The notes beneath the pieces were generated by a model. The model had not been told where the DNA came from. It worked only from the letters and a program-made list of their open reading frames with translations, and did not search any database. The position numbers and the translations under genes are program-made. Shown one piece after another: positions 34,570 through 38,265 of a DNA stretch of 38,265 bases (its first letter is position 1; each line of letters begins with the position of its first letter). The DNA lies in assembly GCA_038215325.1 (NCBI GenBank), contig JBBQQZ010000001.1, forward strand, positions 1 to 38,265, written 5' to 3'. The stretch is from Tepidisphaerales bacterium (GTDB taxonomy: Bacteria > Planctomycetota > Phycisphaerae > Tepidisphaerales > Tepidisphaeraceae).

Positions 34570-34589
34570 AGACTGACCGCGCCGGACAG

Positions 34590-34635
34590 TCTAAACCGAA
34601 ACGGGACGTGCCGCACGTGGCGCGGCACGTCCCGT
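34590..34635 (-). terminator. Intrinsic terminator of the glycoside hydrolase gene
   Basis: Perfect 14-bp stem: 34601-34614 pairs with 34622-34635 (ACGGGACGTGCCGC / GCGGCACGTCCCGT), 7-nt loop. Followed on the minus strand by UUCGGUUUAG. About 50 nt past the stop at 34686. Confidence 0.6.
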
Positions 34636-34685
34636 GATTGATTCGCGATGCCTGTGGGAGAAAGTGGTACTGCGAGTGTGGCGGT

Positions 34686-36800
34686 TCACTGCTTGGCGAA
34701 CTGCTCGTTCGACAGTACCAGCTTTCCCCATGTGCTGGGGCGCATCTGCGTATTGGCTTCCTTCGGGGCGGACCAGAAATAGTCCAGCGCCTGATGGAAA
34801 TTGCGCACGTGCATGTTGAATGCGAGTTCGGGTTGGTTCGCCGGATCCCAGCCGTTCATGGCTTTGCCGGGGATAAACAACTCGACGATGTAGCGGTCGG
34901 GATAGACGCGCGACTGGTGGATGATATCCGGGTGCGGGATGAGGTTTTCGGTCAGCGCGTCGCCTGGCCGGTGCCACTGCGCGACCACGCCGAGCACGCC
35001 ATCGAGCGGAACGGAGTTGGGCACGTAGTAGAACTGGTGGCAGTAGGCGTTGTAGACCTGCTGGTCGGTGGTGACGGGTCGGGTGCTGATCCACCATTCG
35101 GTGCTGTCTCGGGTCCACCAGCGGCCGGTGGCGGGGACGGCTTCGAGGTCGCGGTCGAAGACTTCAAAGCCCAGGTAGAGCCCGCTGTCAGTCCACGCCA
35201 GGTAGACGTTGGGCTGCCTGAGCGAGGTTCGGCCGACGCCGATCGTTTCGGTCGTGCGGACGCCTTGCAGCTTGTAGCGTTCAGGCCAATCCGAAAGGTT
35301 GCCGTTGATGACAATGGGCTTATCCAGCTTGCCCACGTACGCCGTCGGCTTGTTCGCCATGAACGAATCGCGCCAAAGGCCGACCTGATTGTCGGTGGGG
35401 CTGGCGGCGTGAAGCGGGTTGAGCTGCGGCGCGGTCTGCTGGATCGCCTGGACGAGTTTTTCGTACGGTACGTCATCGACGTCGACGACGCCGAAGTTAA
35501 CGTCCTCGCCATCGGAACTTCGGCCGGAGGCGGGCTCGTCGCTCCACTGGAACCAGTCGGCACCGATGATGTACGGCACGCGCGCCAGACGGCTGGTGAA
35601 CAGGGCATAACCTTCGGCACGTGCCTGCTGGTCAGCGACCTGCGCCTGGAAGCCGAAGGTGTTGCGGCTGCCCGAGCGGTTGTCCAGGGAATGGAACGCG
35701 TATTCGGTGATCATGATGGGCTGGCCGGACTCTTCGTAGATCATCCGGAACATGTCCGGGTCCAGCAGTCCGTCGGCGACGTAAGAGTTCAGCGACTGGG
35801 CGTCGGTCCAGGGCTTGCTGGCGCGGACGACTTCGCGCGGGGCGTAGCCGGCAAAGCGGACGCCGAGCACGAGGTGGTTCGGATCGTGCTTGCGGATGAG
35901 TTGGGTGGTCATCCGGAAGTAATCGCCGGCGAGTTTTTCGAGCCAGTGGCTGAAGAGCTTGTTGTACGACTCGACCGGATCACGGGGCAGCTTGGCGAGC
36001 GCGTCGAAGGCGGTGAAGTCGGCGTAATCGGTTTTCCAGGCGGCATTGAACTCGCCGATGGTCGGCCAAAGCTGCTGGATGGTGGCGATCACCTGTCGGC
36101 GGTTCGGGTCCTGCGGCTCGAGGCCGTCGAAATACATGCTCGGGCCCACCGACGCGTCGGACCAGTCCAGTTCGTTGTCCGTGAAATAGCCGACCAGGTT
36201 GCGGTTGTCGCGGTACGGGCCGACGAGTTTGCTGATAAGGATGTCGCCGTAGCTTTCCCAGTCGGGGGAGTAAAGCTTGTAGTTGCCGGAGTGGTAGTGC
36301 TTCCAGATGTTGAGGTCGCGCGTCATGGGCACGTCGAACTCGTGCAGGATCGGGTGGCTCCAGGCACCCAGACCCTTGAAGCCGGCGGCGTAGACGCGGG
36401 CGACGGTCTTCTCGGCCCAGGCTTTCAGGTCGCCGTCATATTGACCGGTCGTGCCGTTATAGTCGCGCGACGCGAAATGTACGCCGTTGGCTTCACGCCC
36501 GAGCTGGAAGGGCTGGACCGTGGTGACGGTGTTTAGGAATTCGCGCTGCCCGGTGGGAGAGATGAACCACCAGACCCCGCTGTCGGTCTTCCCGACGCGC
36601 CAGAACCCCTCGGCCCCGCGAACCACGACCAGCGGACGGTCCAAATCCGTCACCTTGCTGTCAGGTTCGGCATTCATATTCGATGGTAGGGCGGTGTTCA
36701 CGGCACCGCCGGGGGTGTGATCGAACGCGCCGCTCACGTAAGGGTGAACCCACACGCCCAGCAGCAACAGACATACGACAACAAAGGCAATGCGGGCCAT
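34686..36800 (-). CDS. Glycoside hydrolase (clan GH-A-like TIM barrel) with C-terminal CBM9/DOMON-like module
   Basis: Signal/anchor MARIAFVVVCLLLLGVWV at Met50. YFTDNELDW (Asn-Glu), IMITEYAF (Thr-Glu) and GADWFQWSDEP suggest a retaining (beta/alpha)8 hydrolase. The last ~200 aa (INGNLSDWPE..YLAWTDSGLYLGFEVFD..) resemble CBM9. Confidence 0.7.
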   Translation of the reverse strand: MARIAFVVVCLLLLGVWVHPYVSGAFDHTPGGAVNTALPSNMNAEPDSKVTDLDRPLVVVRGAEGFWRVGKTDSGVWWFISPTGQREFLNTVTTVQPFQLGREANGVHFASRDYNGTTGQYDGDLKAWAEKTVARVYAAGFKGLGAWSHPILHEFDVPMTRDLNIWKHYHSGNYKLYSPDWESYGDILISKLVGPYRDNRNLVGYFTDNELDWSDASVGPSMYFDGLEPQDPNRRQVIATIQQLWPTIGEFNAAWKTDYADFTAFDALAKLPRDPVESYNKLFSHWLEKLAGDYFRMTTQLIRKHDPNHLVLGVRFAGYAPREVVRASKPWTDAQSLNSYVADGLLDPDMFRMIYEESGQPIMITEYAFHSLDNRSGSRNTFGFQAQVADQQARAEGYALFTSRLARVPYIIGADWFQWSDEPASGRSSDGEDVNFGVVDVDDVPYEKLVQAIQQTAPQLNPLHAASPTDNQVGLWRDSFMANKPTAYVGKLDKPIVINGNLSDWPERYKLQGVRTTETIGVGRTSLRQPNVYLAWTDSGLYLGFEVFDRDLEAVPATGRWWTRDSTEWWISTRPVTTDQQVYNAYCHQFYYVPNSVPLDGVLGVVAQWHRPGDALTENLIPHPDIIHQSRVYPDRYIVELFIPGKAMNGWDPANQPELAFNMHVRNFHQALDYFWSAPKEANTQMRPSTWGKLVLSNEQFAKQ

Positions 36801-37269
36801 GATCTGCTCCCACGACCATGCTTCGGTGCATGAATCATCCGACGCGATACGGCGCTTCCAGCGGCGTGGGCTCAACGGCGTTGCGAGCTTGTTATAGGTA
36901 TCGGATGCCATGGGCGATCCATTCAAGCGAAAATCGGATAATCTCACATCGTTCTAAGTGATTATACGACAGATGTTTGTGCAAGTTTTCACGAGTCCGG
37001 CGGTCCCGATTCTTTCTCCCGCTGTCTGGTGGCCTCGGCGAGATGGGGAGGATGGGGTGTCGGGCGATCCGAGGCATAAGCCCAAGCCTTTTCATAACTT
37101 ATCGGCCACATCGCGGGGTCGGATGCGGTCGAATCAGGGTGTGGGAGCGGTTCTTGTTTCACAGGAATTGACCCGTTCAGGGCATCTTGCCAAGACGTGT
37201 GCAGAAATGGCTTGACCGGGAAGAAAACTGAGGGGTGATTCCGGGCGGGGTCGGCGTTACAACTCGTGG

Positions 37270-38265
37270 ATGCTCAACGACGTCCTGACCACCATCGACG
37301 GCCGGCGCGACCAGACGCTGGCGCTCCTCAAAGACTTCCTCAGCATCCCCTCCGTCAGTGCCAACCCCGCGAACGCCCCGGATTGCCGCCGCTGTGCGCA
37401 TTGGGTCGCGGACCAACTGAAGTTCGCGATGCTCGACGTTTCGATCATGGAGACCGGCGGGCACCCGTGCGTGGTCGCGAAAAACAAACACGTGCCGGGA
37501 CGCCCAACCGTTTTAGTCTACGGACATTATGACGTTCAACCCCCCGAACCGCTTGATCTGTGGACGACCCCCGCGTTTGAGCCGGCGGTTCGTGAAACGC
37601 CCGCCGGAACGCAAGCGATCTATGCCCGCGGCGCGGTTGACGATAAGGGACAGGTTCTCTGCCACATCGAAGCGATCACCGCCTGGCAAGCCCACGGCGG
37701 CTTGCCGGTGAACCTGACAGTCCTCATCGAAGGCGAAGAGGAAGTCGGATCGGCGCACCTCGAAGAATTCGTCCGCCAGCACCGAACTGCTTTGAAGGCA
37801 GACGTTTGCGTAATTTCGGACACGAATCAGTTCGCCCGCGGCTACCCCGCCATCACCACCGGCACGCGAGGGTTGGTCTATCAGGAGATCATCGTCAAAG
37901 GCCCGAATCGCGATCTGCACTCCGGTTTGTTCGGCGGGGCGGCGCCGAACCCGGCGAACGTGCTGGTGGCGCTGCTGGCGTCACTGCGCGATGAAAATGG
38001 ACGCGTGACGGTGCCGGGTTTTTACGATGATGTCGTCGCGATCACGCCTGAAGAGCGCGCGGCGTGGAAGTTGCTGCCGTTCTCCGAGCCCGATTATCGC
38101 AAGGATTTGGGCGTGGATGCCACGATCGGCGAGGCGGGCTACACCGCGCAGGAGCAGATGTGGGCCAGGCCGACCTGCGACATCAACGGCATCACCTACG
38201 GCTATCAAGGGCCGGGTGCCAAGACCGTGATCGGCGCTCAGGCGAGCGCGAAGGTGAGCTTCCGG
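37270..38265 (+). CDS. M20-family metallopeptidase/dipeptidase (3' end outside window)
   Basis: Not in the ORF track because it is open-ended. Frame 1 from ATG 37270 reads MLNDVLTTIDGRRDQTLALLKDFLSIPSVS..VLVYGHYDVQP..ARGAVDDKGQ..LIEGEEEVGS..RGLVYQEI.. and stays open to 38265. Confidence 0.85.
   Translation, partial: MLNDVLTTIDGRRDQTLALLKDFLSIPSVSANPANAPDCRRCAHWVADQLKFAMLDVSIMETGGHPCVVAKNKHVPGRPTVLVYGHYDVQPPEPLDLWTTPAFEPAVRETPAGTQAIYARGAVDDKGQVLCHIEAITAWQAHGGLPVNLTVLIEGEEEVGSAHLEEFVRQHRTALKADVCVISDTNQFARGYPAITTGTRGLVYQEIIVKGPNRDLHSGLFGGAAPNPANVLVALLASLRDENGRVTVPGFYDDVVAITPEERAAWKLLPFSEPDYRKDLGVDATIGEAGYTAQEQMWARPTCDINGITYGYQGPGAKTVIGAQASAKVSFR

Noticed and set aside
36948-37269. Riboswitch, RNase P, SRP or tmRNA in the 320-bp gap upstream of the M20 peptidase gene
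   Set aside because: I saw none of the conserved cores I know (for example GGAAAGUCC, the SRP GGAA/AGCAGC loop, a tmRNA tag ORF). There are only weak promoter-like hexamers, so nothing supports a call.

Overview
High-GC bacterial chromosomal window (about 60-65% GC by eye). I support 36 protein genes, one tRNA-Leu(UAA), and no rRNA, CRISPR, transposase or integrase. Most genes are housekeeping or envelope-related: dnaA, family-4 UDG, panD, ppiB, ispD, yacL-like PIN/TRAM, uppP, pgsA-like, nadK, a TMTC-like membrane/TPR protein, M48 and M20 peptidases, dehydrogenases, and a glycoside hydrolase with a CBM9-like tail. The gene content and the style of the intergenic repeats suggest a Planctomycetota-like genome, but that is inference only. 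Four things stand out. (1) Nearly every larger intergenic gap holds a structured repeat, and these fall into three recognisable families: heptamer-phased hairpins, CACGAAT/CACAGAG composite palindromes, and GTAGGG...CCCTAC double hairpins. Some abut stop or start codons exactly, and one small basic ORF is bracketed by two of them. (2) A single ORF fuses mannonate dehydratase (UxuA) to a CE15-type glucuronoyl esterase and has no signal peptide. (3) A clean minus-strand intrinsic terminator has no minus-strand gene to serve, so it may mark a small RNA. (4) Several minus-strand gene clusters have no assignable function: small helical protein + GT-B-like + TatD-like, and HxxxD acyltransferase-like + ICMT-like. 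dnaA has no adjacent dnaN, and I could not place oriC confidently. All calls come from reading the sequence and ORF track and from remembered family motifs. No searches or computations were run.
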